64,000 bases of DNA from Eledone cirrhosa (lineage: Eukaryota). Numbering within the stretch: the first letter of the stretch is position 1; each line of letters begins with the position of its first letter. Location of the stretch: contig OZ024750.1 in assembly GCA_964016885.1 (NCBI GenBank), positions 42,036,001-42,100,000 of the forward strand, given 5' to 3'. The notes below the pieces were generated by a model. The model saw only the letters and a program-made list of their open reading frames with translations. It was not told the origin of the DNA and ran no database searches. Below, piece after piece: positions 1-11,452 of this stretch. The position numbers and the translations under genes were made by a program.

Positions 1-45
1 GGCAGAAGGAGCAACGCGAAATAAAGTGTCTTGCTCAAAGACGTA
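1..45 (-). mobile_element. SINE core fragment, truncated by window edge
   Basis: ggagcaacgcgaaataaagtgtcttgctcaa matches the SINE body at 26993-27023 and 43375-43408. Confidence 0.6.
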
Positions 46-50
46 ATTCA

Positions 51-235
51 TCTCTAGGGGTTTATAAACCAAACTAGTTTCAGTATTTTCCCTCTCTAGA
101 GGTTTACAAACCAAACTAGTTTCAGTATTTTCCCTCTCTAGAAGTTTATAAACCAAACTAGTTTCACTATTTTCCCTCTCTAGAAGTTTATAAACCAAAC
201 TAGTTTCACTATTTTCTGACTCTAGAGGTTTATAC
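51..235. repeat. 42-bp minisatellite, about 4.4 copies
   Basis: Unit tctctagaggtttataaaccaaactagtttcagtattttccc starts at 51, 93, 135 and 177. Confidence 0.9.
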
Positions 236-292
236 ACTCGACTTGTTCCACCATTTTTTGTTGTCAAAACACCTGCATTAAAGCAGCTTCCT

Positions 293-736
293 TTAACTGT
301 TTACCATTTACATTACTCTATATATACTATTGTATTTTCACAGTAAAGGCTTTATCTCACATAATATCTCACATAACATTTACATTACTCTATATATACT
401 ATTGTATTTTCACAGTAAAGGCTTTACCTCACATAATATCTCACATAATATTGAATCTATGAGATTTTAATATTATTTATTTTGAGAACGTCCCTTTATG
501 ATCTGAGTTCAAATCCCACCGAGGTTGACTTTGCCTTTCATCCTTACAGGGTCGATAAAATAAAGTACCAGTAATGCACTGGGTAATTGCTGGCCTTGTG
601 CCTAAAGTAGAAACAATTATTTATTTTGAGAACAATACCTTAACATCAGTATGAGCGGCCGGTTGCAGTCGGTTTGAACAGAAAGAGGTGAGGGAATTCT
701 GGAAGGATATGGCCAGTTTATATGCTAAAGGGTTAA
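293..736 (+). mobile_element. piggyBac-type MITE (family A) with a nested 5'-truncated SINE at about 490-622
   Basis: TTAA at both ends; right terminus ctaaagggTTAA; internal 72-bp repeat (starts 305 and 377); MITE sequence ttattttgagaac occurs on both sides of the SINE. Confidence 0.8.
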
Positions 737-885
737 GATAACATAATTTCTACATTGTTTATTGATTTTTGTTGTTGATGTTATTGTTAGATCCTGTTGG
801 AATAGCTATGATTCATCATTGACTGCAAAGTAAGAGATGATACATGATAAAATAGTTTAATAAGTCTTCTTATGAGTTTCTGAGG

Positions 886-1500
886 TTGAACATTTTGGAC
901 AAGTGCCTGTCATGATAGGCCTGGGTTGACCTGAGAACATTTTGAACAAGTGTCTGTTACGATAGGCCTGAGTTGACCTGAGAACATTTTGGACAAGTGT
1001 CTGTTACGATAGGCCTGGGTTGACCTGAGAACATTTTGGACAAGTGTCTGTTACGATAGGCCTGAGTTGACCTGAGAACATTTTGGACAAGTGACTGTTA
1101 CGATAGGCCTGGGTTGACCTGAGAACATTTTGGACAAGTGACTGTTACGATAGGCCTGAGTTGACCTGAGAACATTTTGGACAAGTGACTGTTACGATAG
1201 GCCTGGGTTGACCTGAGAACATTTTGGACAAGTGACTGTTACGATAGGCCTGGGTTGGCCTGAGAACATTTTGGACAAGTGACTGTTACGATAGGCCTGG
1301 GTTGACCTGAGAACATTTTGGACAAGTGACTGTTACGATAGGCCTGGGTTGGCCTGAGAACATTTTGGACAAGTGTCTGTTACGATAGGCCTGGGTTGAC
1401 CTGAGAACATTTTGGACAAGTGTCTGTTACGATAGGCCTGGGTTGACCTGAGAACATTTTGGACAAGTGTCTGTTACGATAGGCCTGGGTTGACCTGAGC
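886..1500. repeat. 47-bp minisatellite, about 13 copies, apparently SINE-derived
   Basis: Unit ttgacctgagaacattttggacaagtgtctgttacgataggcctggg; array runs out into SINE-like gccttgtgagtgaaactgagtgggtggaaa. Confidence 0.9.
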
Positions 1501-1568
1501 CTTGTGAGTGAAACTGAGTGGGTGGAAAATATTGGAAAGCTTGCCAGATGACCTGTACTTGTAATTCA

Positions 1569-1877
1569 AATGACCAGTCTTGTCACACACTGTGTCACAA
1601 TTGACCAGTCATGTCACACACTGTGTCACAGATGGTCAGCCTTGTCACACATTGTGTCACAAATCCAGCCTTGTAACACACTGTGTCACAGATGGTCAGC
1701 GTTGTCACACAATGTGTCACAAATGACCAGCCTTGTCACACACTGTGTCACAGATGGTCAGCCTTGTCACATGATGTGTCACAAATGACCAATCTTGTCA
1801 CATGATGTGTCACAGATGACAAACCTTGTCACACACTGTATCACAATTGACCAGCCTTGTCACACACTGCGTCACAC
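1569..1877. repeat. About 31-bp minisatellite, about 10 copies
   Basis: Unit aatgaccagccttgtcacacactgtgtcaca, with two tgtcaca sub-repeats. Confidence 0.9.
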
Positions 1878-2486
1878 TGAATTTCTTTGAAAATTACATT
1901 AAGGGTGCACGTCTCTGTGGAATACTCAGCCACTGGCACATTAGTTTCCACAAGTAGGCCATTAAGTAATGTTCCAAAAATAGTTTAAGAATTAAGGAAG
2001 CCTTGCCCATATGTAGACTCAACCCCCAAATAAATAATAGATTAGAACTCAGCACATTTAACATAAAAAGACACACCAACGCAAACTAAACAACATCTCA
2101 TGCCATACAAATAAAAAAAATTGATTTTGTGAAATACTTTATTGGCAATTGACGTCATTCTCGTTAATTATGAAATAATCATCAAAAAACGCTTGAAAAT
2201 TACTTCAGAAATTTAAATCAAAATTTAATCCCAAAGAGAAGAAACCAGAACATTTTCCTCTGAAAGTTCCTTAAACTCTGATGAAGGGAATTTTAGGTCG
2301 CAAAATATTAGGACAAAAGAAAGAACAGCAACAACAAAAAGCAAAACAAAGATTACCAGGTACCTTACCTTTCCTTACCTCATCTTACAGTCCATTCTGC
2401 ATTGTTTAGCCTTCTATCTCTTTCAATGTTATATATCATATACAATGCTTCATATAATATTTTATTAGTTTAATAGTGATTTCTAA

Positions 2487-2689
2487 TTTAACCGGCCAGA
2501 ATTCTCTACCTCTTTATGTTGAAACTGACTGTAACTGGTCACTCAAACTGATGTTAAGGTATTGTTTTCAAAATAAATACTTTCAAAATCTCATAGATTC
2601 GATATTATGTGAGATAATTATGTGAGGTAAAGCCTTTACCATTAAAATATAATAGTATATATAAAATAATGTGAATGCTAAAGGGTTAA
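2487..2689 (-). mobile_element. piggyBac-type MITE family A copy
   Basis: Reverse complement of the family A body; ends gctaaagggTTAA. Confidence 0.8.
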
Positions 2690-2691
2690 AA

Positions 2692-2835
2692 ACAAGGCCA
2701 GCAATTTCTGGGGAGAAGAAAATTGGTACTTTATTTTATTAACTCTAGAATAATTAAAGTTGACCTCGGTAGGATTCAAACTCAGAATGTAAAGAACCAA
2801 AACAAATGCTGTAAAGAAGTTTGCAGAATGCAATT
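2692..2835 (-). mobile_element. tRNA-derived SINE family 1, degraded
   Basis: caaggccagcaattt...tggtactttattttatt...ttgacctcggtaggattcaaactcagaat is the reverse complement of the SINE at 11031. Confidence 0.7.
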
Positions 2836-3037
2836 ACCAGTTTGATAATGACAAAGTTTGCAGAATGCCCTGAAAATTCTACCAGTTTGATAATGACAAA
2901 GTTTGCAGAATGCCCTGAAAATTCTACCAGTTTGATAATGACAAAGTTTGCAGAATGCCCTGAAAATTCTACCAGTTTGATAATGACAAAGTTTGCAGAA
3001 TGTCCTGAAAATTCTATCAGTTTGATAATGACAAAGT
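2819..3037. repeat. 45-bp minisatellite, about 5 copies, at the SINE 5' end
   Basis: Unit gtttgcagaatgccctgaaaattctaccagtttgataatgacaaa. Confidence 0.9.
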
Positions 3038-3094
3038 CATATTACTAAATCCCTCCAAATTCCTGGTTATTTTCAAAATTGTTTTAAAATTATT

Positions 3095-3292
3095 GGACAG
3101 ATTTTAAGGGCAAAACCAGGTGGCAGGAGACCCAGAGCAAGATGCTTGGATAACATCCATGAGCTCAGCTGGTCTCGCCCAGGGATCCAGCCGGATGGAT
3201 CGTTTAGAGATGGTTGCTTCTGAAAGGACCTTCTGGAAGTTTGAGGACTCTACCCCTACGATCCTCACAGAAATAAGTGGGTGAAGAAGAAT
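3095..3292 (+). mobile_element. RTE-clade LINE 3' fragment
   Basis: Translates to GDPEQ/RARCLDNIHELSWSRPGIQPD, resembling the RTE C-terminal RPRxRWxDxI motif; paralogous to 6546-6706. Confidence 0.65.
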
Positions 3293-3565
3293 GTTTCTTT
3301 AGAAATATGGTAATAAATCGGTTAAATTTAATACTATGAGTATTGATCAATTAATTGGACCCACTGGCTATAAAACTAATTTTCAATGCTGTCATGGCCT
3401 ACCTGGTATTCTGTCAACATTTTGTAAAGTAATAAATAACTGTTTTAATTAATAGTGATAACCAATTAAAAATGAAATATAGGCATGATACTCTAAAAGA
3501 TTTGGAGAAATTACAGAAATTACAGAAATTACAGAAAAACTGAATAAAAATGATCAGGAAAATAT

Positions 3566-3712
3566 TTAACTTTTTAGCATTTAAACCGGCCATATCCTTC
3601 CAGAATTCTCTCACCTCTTCCTGTTCAAACCAGTCATAACTGGCTGTTCATACTAATGTGAAGGTATTGTTCTCAAAATAAATAATATCAAAATCTCATA
3701 GATTCAATATTA
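3566..3712 (-). mobile_element. piggyBac-type MITE family A, partial
   Basis: ttaactttttagcatttaaaccggccatatcc...aaaatctcatagattcaatattat. Confidence 0.75.
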
Positions 3713-3721
3713 TGGAGGAGG

Positions 3722-4470
3722 GGCTACATATTTACATCTGTCCTGTTACCAGCTTTGGAGGCCTACATATTTACATCTGTCCTGTTACCAGCTTTGGAGG
3801 CCTACATATTTACATCTGGCCTGTTACCAGCTTTGGAGGCCTACATATTTACATCTGGCCTGTTACCAGCTTTGGAGCCCTACATATTTACATCTGGCTT
3901 GTTACCAGCTTTGGAAGCATTCATATTTACATCTGGCCTGTTACCAGCTTTGGAGGCCTACATATTACATCTGGCCTGTTACCAGCTTTGGAGGCCTACA
4001 TATTTACATCTGTCCTGTTACCAGCTTTGGAGGCCTACATATTTACATCTGGCCTGTTACCAGCTTTGGAGGCCTACATATTTACATCTGGCCTGTTACC
4101 AGCTTTGGAGGCCTACATATTTACATCTGGCCTGTTACCAGCTTTGGAGCCCTACATATTTACATCTGGCTTGTTACCAGCTTTGGAGGCCTACATATTT
4201 ACATCTGGCCTGTTACCAGCTTTGGAGGCCTACATATTACATCTGGCCTGTTACCAGCTTTGGAGGCCTACATATTTACATCTGGCCTTGGCCTGTTACT
4301 ATCATGGGTGGGGGGGGGGGGGTTACATATTTACATCTGGCCTGTGTCTGTTACAGAGTTTGGGGAAAGGGGGAGCTATATATTTACATCTGGTCTGAGT
4401 TAGTTACCAGCTTTGGAGGATGGGGGGGGCAACATATTTACATCTGGTCTGGGCTAGTTACCAGCTTTAG
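3722..4470. repeat. 39-bp minisatellite, about 15 good copies plus a degenerate tail
   Basis: Unit cctacatatttacatctggcctgttaccagctttggagg. Confidence 0.92.
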
Positions 4471-4499
4471 GGGAGGGATCCTAAACATCAACATCTGTT

Positions 4500-5262
4500 C
4501 AGTAACAGCTAATCCAGAGCTAAACACCAACAACAATGTTTCATCTTAGTTTGCTAAATAACAGCTTATCTGGAACTAAACACCTACAACAACTCTACTG
4601 GGACTAAACACCACCAACATTTGATCATAGTCTGCCAAATAACAGCTTAACTGGAACTAAACACTACCAACAACATTTGATCATATCTACTCAATAATAG
4701 CTCATCTTGAACTAAACACCACAAGCAACATTTGATCATCAACTGCCAAATAAGAGTTTATCTGGAACTAAACACCACCAACAACATTTGATCTTAGTCT
4801 GCTAAATAACAACTTATCTGGAACTAAACACCACCAACAACATTTGATCTTAGTCTGTTAAATAACAACTTATCTGGAACTAAACACCACCAACAACATT
4901 TGATCATCGTCTGCTAAATAACTTATCTGGAACTAAACACCAACAACATTTGATCATCGTCTGCTAAATAACTTATCTGGAACTAAACACCTCCAACACC
5001 ACCACCAACACAATCACCAACATTTGATCTTCGTCACCAACACCAACATCAACATTTGATCATCATCTGCCAAATAACAACTTATCAGGAACTAAACACC
5101 TCTAACACCAACACCAACACTAACGCCAACACCATCACTAACACCGACACCACCATTAACACCAACACCATCACCAACATTTGATCTTAGTCTGCCAAAT
5201 AACAGCTTATCAGGAACTAAACACCTACAACACCACCAACACCAACTTCAAACATTCATCTT
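4500..5262. repeat. Degenerate about 56-bp minisatellite with (CAA/CAC) expansions
   Basis: Recurrent tgatcttagtctgctaaataacaacttatctggaactaaacaccaccaacaacatt. Confidence 0.85.
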
Positions 5263-5579
5263 AATAATATTCCTCCACCATTTCATTCTACTGTACCTCA
5301 CCTGTCACCTATGTTTTTCTTCTAACCACTAACTTGCATCAACTGCAATAACCTCTCCCATTTATTATCTCTTCCTTCAGGCTAGAAGAACTGAAAAACA
5401 GGGCTACAGACACCATCCCTTCCTTCTCGGATAGAAACAAGCAATGAAAAAATGTGTTCTTCGTTAACATTAATAGATTAATTAACAGGAAGCGTGTATG
5501 AAATATTTCTGCTAATGATTGGCTAATTACTGGCCAATGAAAAAAGAAGCTAAGCATATCATCATCATCATCATCTTCA

Positions 5580-5769
5580 TTTAAACCAGCCTTATCTGGT
5601 CAGAATTGTCTCACCTCTTTCTGTTCAAACTGGCTCTAACTGGCCGCTCCTATTTTGTTCTCAAAATAAATAATATCAAAATCTCATAGATTCGATATTG
5701 TGTGAGATAAAAACTTTTCTGTGAAAATATAATAGTAAATATAGAGTAATGTAAATGCTAAAGGGTTAA
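5580..5769 (-). mobile_element. piggyBac-type MITE family A copy
   Basis: Family A body ending gtaaatgctaaagggTTAA. Confidence 0.75.
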
Positions 5770-5969
5770 TGTCCATCTTCCACGCTAGTATGGGTAGGCT
5801 TTGTAGAAATTTTGAATGTTTTCAATGTAACGGGGTCAATAAAATAGAGTACCAGTAATGTACTGGGTTATTTTCTGGTCTTGTGCCAAAAGTAGAAACA
5901 TTTATTAACAACAGTCTTGAATAATTACCCTACTCTCCACTTATTAATTTTTCAGATTTTTTCTACTGT

Positions 5970-6545
5970 TACTTCTCTGAAATAAGAGATCACAGCTCCA
6001 ATACTATAGGAATGTGGTTAGAATGTCTCAGGAAAGAATTGCTGGACAGATTTGTAGCTCAGAAATCAGAGAGTCACTCCAGATAGAGCTGCTACTTCTT
6101 TGAATTGAGAGATCACAGCTCCCATACTATAGGAATGTGGTTAGAATGTCTCAGGAAAGAATTTCTGGACAGATTTGTAGCTCCGAGATCAGAGAGTCAC
6201 TCCAGATAGAGCCACAACTTCTCTGAATTGAGAGATCACAGCTCCAATACTATAAGATTGTGGTTAGAATGTCTCAGGAAAGAATCGCTGGACAGATTTG
6301 TAGCTCAGAAATCAGAGAGTCACTCCAGATAGAACTGCTACTTCTTTGAATTGAGAGATCACAGCTCCAATACTATAGGAATGTGGTTAGAATGTCTCAG
6401 GAAAGAATCGCTGGACAGATTTGTAGCTCAGAAATCAGAGAGTCACTCCAGATAGAACTGCTACTTCTTTGAATTGAGAGATCACAGCTCCAATACTATA
6501 AGATTGTGGTTAGAATGTCTCAGGAAAGAATTGCTGGACAGATTT
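5970..6545 (+). repeat. 123-bp tandem repeat (about 4.6 copies) derived from RTE LINE coding sequence
   Basis: gtagctc recurs at 6054, 6177 and 6300; unit translates SSEIRESLQIELLLL*IERSQLQYYRNVVRMSQERIAGQI, like the RTE IERSQLRWxGHVxRM motif. Confidence 0.85.
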
Positions 6546-6706
6546 TATAGGCAAAACCAACCAACATGAGAGCCAGGAGTAGACCCCAAGCAAAGATGGT
6601 TGGATAACATCCATGAGCTTGGCTGGTGTCGCTTGGGGATCCAGCCAGATCAGTTGGAGACAGTTGCTTTTGACAGGACCCGCTGGAGGGAGTGTTTGAG
6701 GACTGC
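6546..6706 (+). mobile_element. RTE-clade LINE 3' end continuing from the array
   Basis: AKPTNMRARSRP / WLDNIHELGWCRLGIQPDQLETVAFDRTRWRECLRT, degenerate. Confidence 0.7.
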
Positions 6707-6799
6707 ATGGCGATGGTGGTGTTAGTAGTGGTGGTGGTAGTGGTGGTGGTGGTGATGGTGGTGGTGGTGGTGGTGGCGTGTAAACTCGGCTAGTTCTCA

Positions 6800-6870
6800 T
6801 TAACCCTTTCATTACTATATTTCTAATGAAACACATTGCCTGTGATTTTCAAATCATTTTGAAAACAATC
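6800..6870 (+). mobile_element. piggyBac-type MITE family B terminus
   Basis: TTAAccctttcattactatatttctaatgaaacac; the same end is amplified in the 48-bp array at 34280-36095. Confidence 0.6.
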
Positions 6871-6996
6871 AACCAATTGACACCCCCTAACCCCTCTTTT
6901 GTGAAAGGAAGGATAAATTGGATAGTGTTCCCCTAGGTATACTCCTAAAAAGACAAGATAGCCATGGTTGGAATGTCTATGATCATAGGACACACG

Positions 6997-8655
6997 GGTC
7001 ATCTCGTTCCTCCAGCCTCACAGCAACTATATCTGGTCATCTGGTCATCTTGTTCCTCCAGCAACACAGCAACTATATCTGGTCATCTGGTCATCTTGTT
7101 CCTCCAGCCTCACAGCAACTATATCTGGTCATCTTGTTCCTCCAGCCTCACAGCAACTATATCTGGTCATCTGGTCATCTTGTTCCTCCAGCCTCACAGC
7201 AACTATATCTAGTCATCTGGTCATCTTGTTCCTGCAGCCTCACAGTAACTATATCTGGTCATCTGGTCATCTTGTTCCTGCAGCCTCACAGCAACTATAT
7301 CTGGTCATCTGGTCATCTGCCTCACAGCAACTATATCTGGTCATCTGGTCATCTTGTTCCTCCAGCCTCACAGCAACTATATCTGGTCATCTGGTCATCT
7401 TGTTCCTCCAGCAACACAGCAACTATATCTGGTCATCTGGTCATCTTGTTCCTCCAGCCTCACAGCAACTATATCTGGTCATCTGGCCATCTTGTTCCTC
7501 CAGCCTCACAGCAACTATATCTGGTCATCTGGTCATCTTGTTCCTCCAGCCTCACAGCAACTATATCTGGTCATCTGGTCATCTTGTTTCTCCAGCCTCA
7601 CAGCAACTATATCTGGTCATCTGGTCATCTTGTTCCTCCAGCCTCACAGCAACTATATCTGGTCATCTGGTCATCTTGTTCCTCCAGCAACACAGCAACT
7701 ATATCTGGTCATCTGGTCATCTGGTCATCTTGTTCCTCCAGCCTCACAGCAACTATATCTAGTCATCTGGTCATCTTGTTCCTCCAGCCTCACAGCAACT
7801 ATATCTAGTCATCTGGTCATCTTGTTCCTCCAGCAACACAGCAACTATATCTGGTCATCTGGTCATCTTGTTCCTCCAGCCTCACAGCAACTATATCTGG
7901 TCATCTGGCCATCTTGTTCCTCCAGCCTCACAGCAACTATATCTGGTCATCTGGTCATCTTGTTCCTCCAGCCTCACAGCAACTATATCTGGTCATCTGG
8001 TCATCTTGTTTCTCCAGCCTCACAGCAACTATATCTGGTCATCTGATCATCTTGTTCCTCCAGCCTCACAGCAACTATATCTGGTCATCTGGTCATCTTG
8101 TTCCTCCAGCAACACAGCAACTATATCTGGTCATCTGGTCATCTTGTTCCTCCAGCCTCACAGCAACTATATCTAGTCATCTGGTCATCTTGTTCCTCCA
8201 GCCTCACAGCAACTATATCTAGTCATCTGGTCATCTTGTTCCTCCAGCAACACAGCAACTATATCTGGTCATCTGGTCATCTTGTTCCTCCAGCCTCACA
8301 GCAACTATATCTGGTCATCTGGTCATCTTGTTCCTCCAGCCTCACAGCAACTATATCTGGTCATCTGGTCATCTTGTTCCTCCAGCCTCACAGCAACTAT
8401 ATCTGGTCATCTGGTCATCTTGTTTCTCCAGCCTCACAGCAACTATATCTGGTCATCTGGTCATCTTGTTCCTCCAGCCTCACGGCAACTATATCTGGTC
8501 ATCTGGTCATCTTGTTTCTCCAGCCTCACAGCAACTATATCTGGTCATCTGGTCATCTTGTTTCTCCAGCCTCACAGCAACTATATCTGGTCATCTGGTC
8601 ATCTTGTTTCTCCAGCCTCACAGCAACTATATCTGGTCATCTGGTCATCTTGTTC
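6997..8655. repeat. 46-bp minisatellite, about 36 copies
   Basis: Unit ggtcatctggtcatcttgttcctccagcctcacagcaactatatct, with variable copy number of the 8-bp ggtcatct sub-unit. Confidence 0.95.
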
Positions 8656-8880
8656 TCACATAACATTTACATTACTCTATATATATACTATTGTATTTTC
8701 ACAGTAAGGGCGTTACCTCACATAATATCTCACATAATATCAAAGCTATGAGATTTTGATATTATTTATTTTGAGAACAATACCTTAACGTCAGTATGAG
8801 CGGCTGGTTAGTGTGGTTTGAACAGAAAAAGGTGAGAGAATTCTGGCTGCATATGGCCAGTTTAAATGCTAAAGGGTTAA
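8655..8880 (+). mobile_element. piggyBac-type MITE family A, left end lost at the minisatellite
   Basis: 72-bp unit followed by the family body, ending tttaaatgctaaagggTTAA at 8880. Confidence 0.8.
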
Positions 8881-9249
8881 CTCTCTTTACCTCAATACCC
8901 TTAACTTAAAATAGGTATCACATTTGCAGTGTATACTATATATTATCACCACCATTTAACATCCATTTTTCCATGTTAGTATGGCTTAGACAAGTTGTCC
9001 CATTGTGTCTTGCTCAGAACTGTTTCTGGTTTGGTTTCTAAGGATGGATGCTCTTCCTAATGCCAACCACATTTACAGCATGGACTAAGTGCTTTTTGCT
9101 AAGTGCTTCATGTATATTATAAAATGTAAAGAAAAAAGAATAAAAATGGAAAAGGGAGGAAATGGCAAGGGCCCTAGTGTCACAGAAGAATGTGGATGGA
9201 GGATTGGGATCTGGGACTAGGGTACGGCTGTAATGGTGCTTCTCCCTGT

Positions 9250-9640
9250 GGAGAAGACTGCAAAACCATTCCTGCAGACAATGGCCAGCGACACCCACTG
9301 TAACAGCCACCCCACCTAGTGGGGCTCCTTCCTCAGGCAGGCCTCTGACATTCCGATAATGGAGAGGAGCTCTACAGTACGGGGTCCAAGTACGCCTGAC
9401 CAGTGTGAAGTGGAAGTGGCCGGACAGTCCCTGGTATTTGTTTATCTTCCTTTCCTCTGCAAGGTGGGCCGCAGTGCTGGGGTTTGTGGCCAAAGCAACT
9501 AAGTTGGAGATGGAGAATGTGTCACAATATGCGGTGTCCCAAATGAGGGATCTACCTTCTTCAAATGGGAAGGGGGTGATTCTATCGGGACACTTGCTGT
9601 CACTGTGGTCAAGGCCTGCTAGCTCCAGTTGTGACAGGAG
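9250..9640 (-). pseudogene. CRE-like non-LTR retrotransposon C-terminal restriction-like endonuclease fragment
   Basis: Minus strand reads LAGLDHSDSKCPDRITPFPFEEGRSLIWDTAYCDTF...AAHLAEERKINKYQGL...F, then after a frameshift GVLGPRTVELLSIIG...WLLQWVSLAIVCRN. This follows the RPDG..WD..DT..AE.RK..KY..L..G..G...QR.S.A..RGN pattern of CRE RLE domains. Confidence 0.75.
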
Positions 9641-9889
9641 GAGATTGAGAAGAGTCCATTCTTTCTTCTCAATCTAAATTTTCCTTCTTCTATTAACCTG
9701 CATTTACATTATATATTCCATAAATAAATAAAAATTATTTAAGGTTTATTTATAAAATGATTTCACTTGATTAATTCGTACTCATTTCTTCCCTGAAGGT
9801 CTGGTTGAATTCCTTCCTCCCCCCCCCCCCTTTATGTTTTCTACCATAAATGCAATGCAGTTATTCAATATAAACATCAACAACAACGT

Positions 9890-10355
9890 TGGTCTGAGAA
9901 GTCTTGGAGCAGCTGTGAAAGCTATTAGTACAGTTCCCTACCTTCAGAACAAATTATTTCAAAGGACACACAAATAAATATACCTTGGTACACTTATAAA
10001 GAACATCTGTCTGAAAAGTGTTGAAGGATTAGTTACAACTCCTTACCTTCAGAACAAAATAATTTAAAAGATTCACAAATAAATAGATAAACAAATAAAT
10101 AAGACATACTTTGGTACACTTGTACACTTATTGGCAACGGTCTGAGAAGTCTTGGAGAGCTTGTAGAAGACATTAGTACAACAACTTACCTTCAGACCAA
10201 ATCATTTTAAAAGACACATAAATAAATAAATAGGCCTTGGTACACTTAACAACGTCTGAGAAGTCTTGGAGAACCTGTGGAAACCATTAGAACAGTTCTT
10301 TACCTTCAGACCAAATCATTTTGAAATACACACAAATAAATAAGACATACCCTGG
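9890..10355. repeat. Degenerate about 115-bp tandem repeat, about 4 copies
   Basis: Recurrent gtctgagaagtcttggag...taccttcagaacaaa...ccttggtacactt. Confidence 0.75.
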
Positions 10356-11030
10356 TAGAGTTATGGCTGTTAGCAATACTAATGTAAGAAAATCGATGAA
10401 TGTTCTGTTAACGTATAATATATATTTGACTTTTCTTATAGAAATCACTTGTAGAAAGTTAAAAGTCCTCTGGGCTGTTCTGTTGTAACTATTCTGCAAA
10501 GAAGATCAAGTTTTTGGTACAACTCTAATAACCCAGACATCCATAGTACTCATATTAAAAAAACGTCAGTATTTTTTATTGATATTTTTTTAAAGGAGTG
10601 GTTAGTTAATAGATTTGGTTAGAATTTTGATGTTTTGAACGAATATTAGAATTTTGAACGAATATTTAGAATTTTGATGATTTGAACGAATATGTCCTTC
10701 AAAGTCGTACATTTTTCTTTTTCTTTGATTTCCACCATCCAAGAACTCCACAGCATGTGTATAAGGGACGGGTGTTATAATAATAATAAAATTACTAAAC
10801 CACCACCAAATGAAATATTTGTTTATCCTATGTCTGACATTCCATAGTGAGTGGTGGCCATGAAATAACCACACATTCTGTTATGTTCAAGAGAAATGGA
10901 AGTAAGAATTGTAACCGATCGCACAACTTTTGGTAAATGTTTACTACTATGGCTATTTCAGAAACATGTGTAATAGTAATATTATTTCTGGCAAGTTAGT
11001 TACAACTGTGTAATAGTAATATTATTTCTG

Positions 11031-11219
11031 GCTGGTGGATTGGCAGTATCGGTAGAGGGTCGGACGCCATGCTTTCCAGCATAGTTACGTCCCTTTACCA
11101 TCTGAGTTCAAATCCCGCCGAGGTTGACTTTGCCTTTCATGCTTACGGGGTCGATAAAATAAAGTACCAGTAATGCACTGGTAATTGCTGGCCTTGTGCC
11201 TAAAGTAGAAACAATTATT
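11031..11219 (+). mobile_element. tRNA-derived SINE family 1, full length
   Basis: A-box-like tggcagtatcgg, B-box gagttcaaatccc, conserved core gcctttcat.cttacggggtcgataaaataaagtaccag, tail ggccttgtgcctaaagtagaaacaattatt. Confidence 0.85.
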
Positions 11220-11261
11220 TCTGGCTAGTTAGTTACAACTGTGTAATAGTAATATTATTTC

Positions 11262-11452
11262 TGGCTGTGGATTGGCAGTATCAGTAGAGGGTCAGACGCC
11301 ATGCTTTCCAGCAAAGTTACGCCCCTTTACGATCTGAGTTCAAATCCCACCGAGGTTGACTTTGCCTTTCATCCTTACGGGGTCGATAAAATAAAGTACC
11401 AGTAATACACTGGGTAATTGCTGGCCTTGTGCCTCAAGTAGAAACATTTATT
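11262..11452 (+). mobile_element. SINE family 1, tandem duplicate
   Basis: Near-identical to 11031-11219 and duplicated together with one 40-bp flanking unit. Confidence 0.85.

Noticed and set aside
2235-5446. Possible plus-strand exon pair (..KTKIT AG|gtacct near 2359 joined to ttcag|G LEELKNRATDTIPSFSDRNKQ* at 5380)
   Set aside because: Phase-compatible, but the first segment lacks a convincing acceptor, the donor is weak and no protein was recognised
3712-8751. Repetitive ORFs over the 39-bp and 46-bp arrays
   Set aside because: The same peptides appear in several frames; tandem-repeat artefacts
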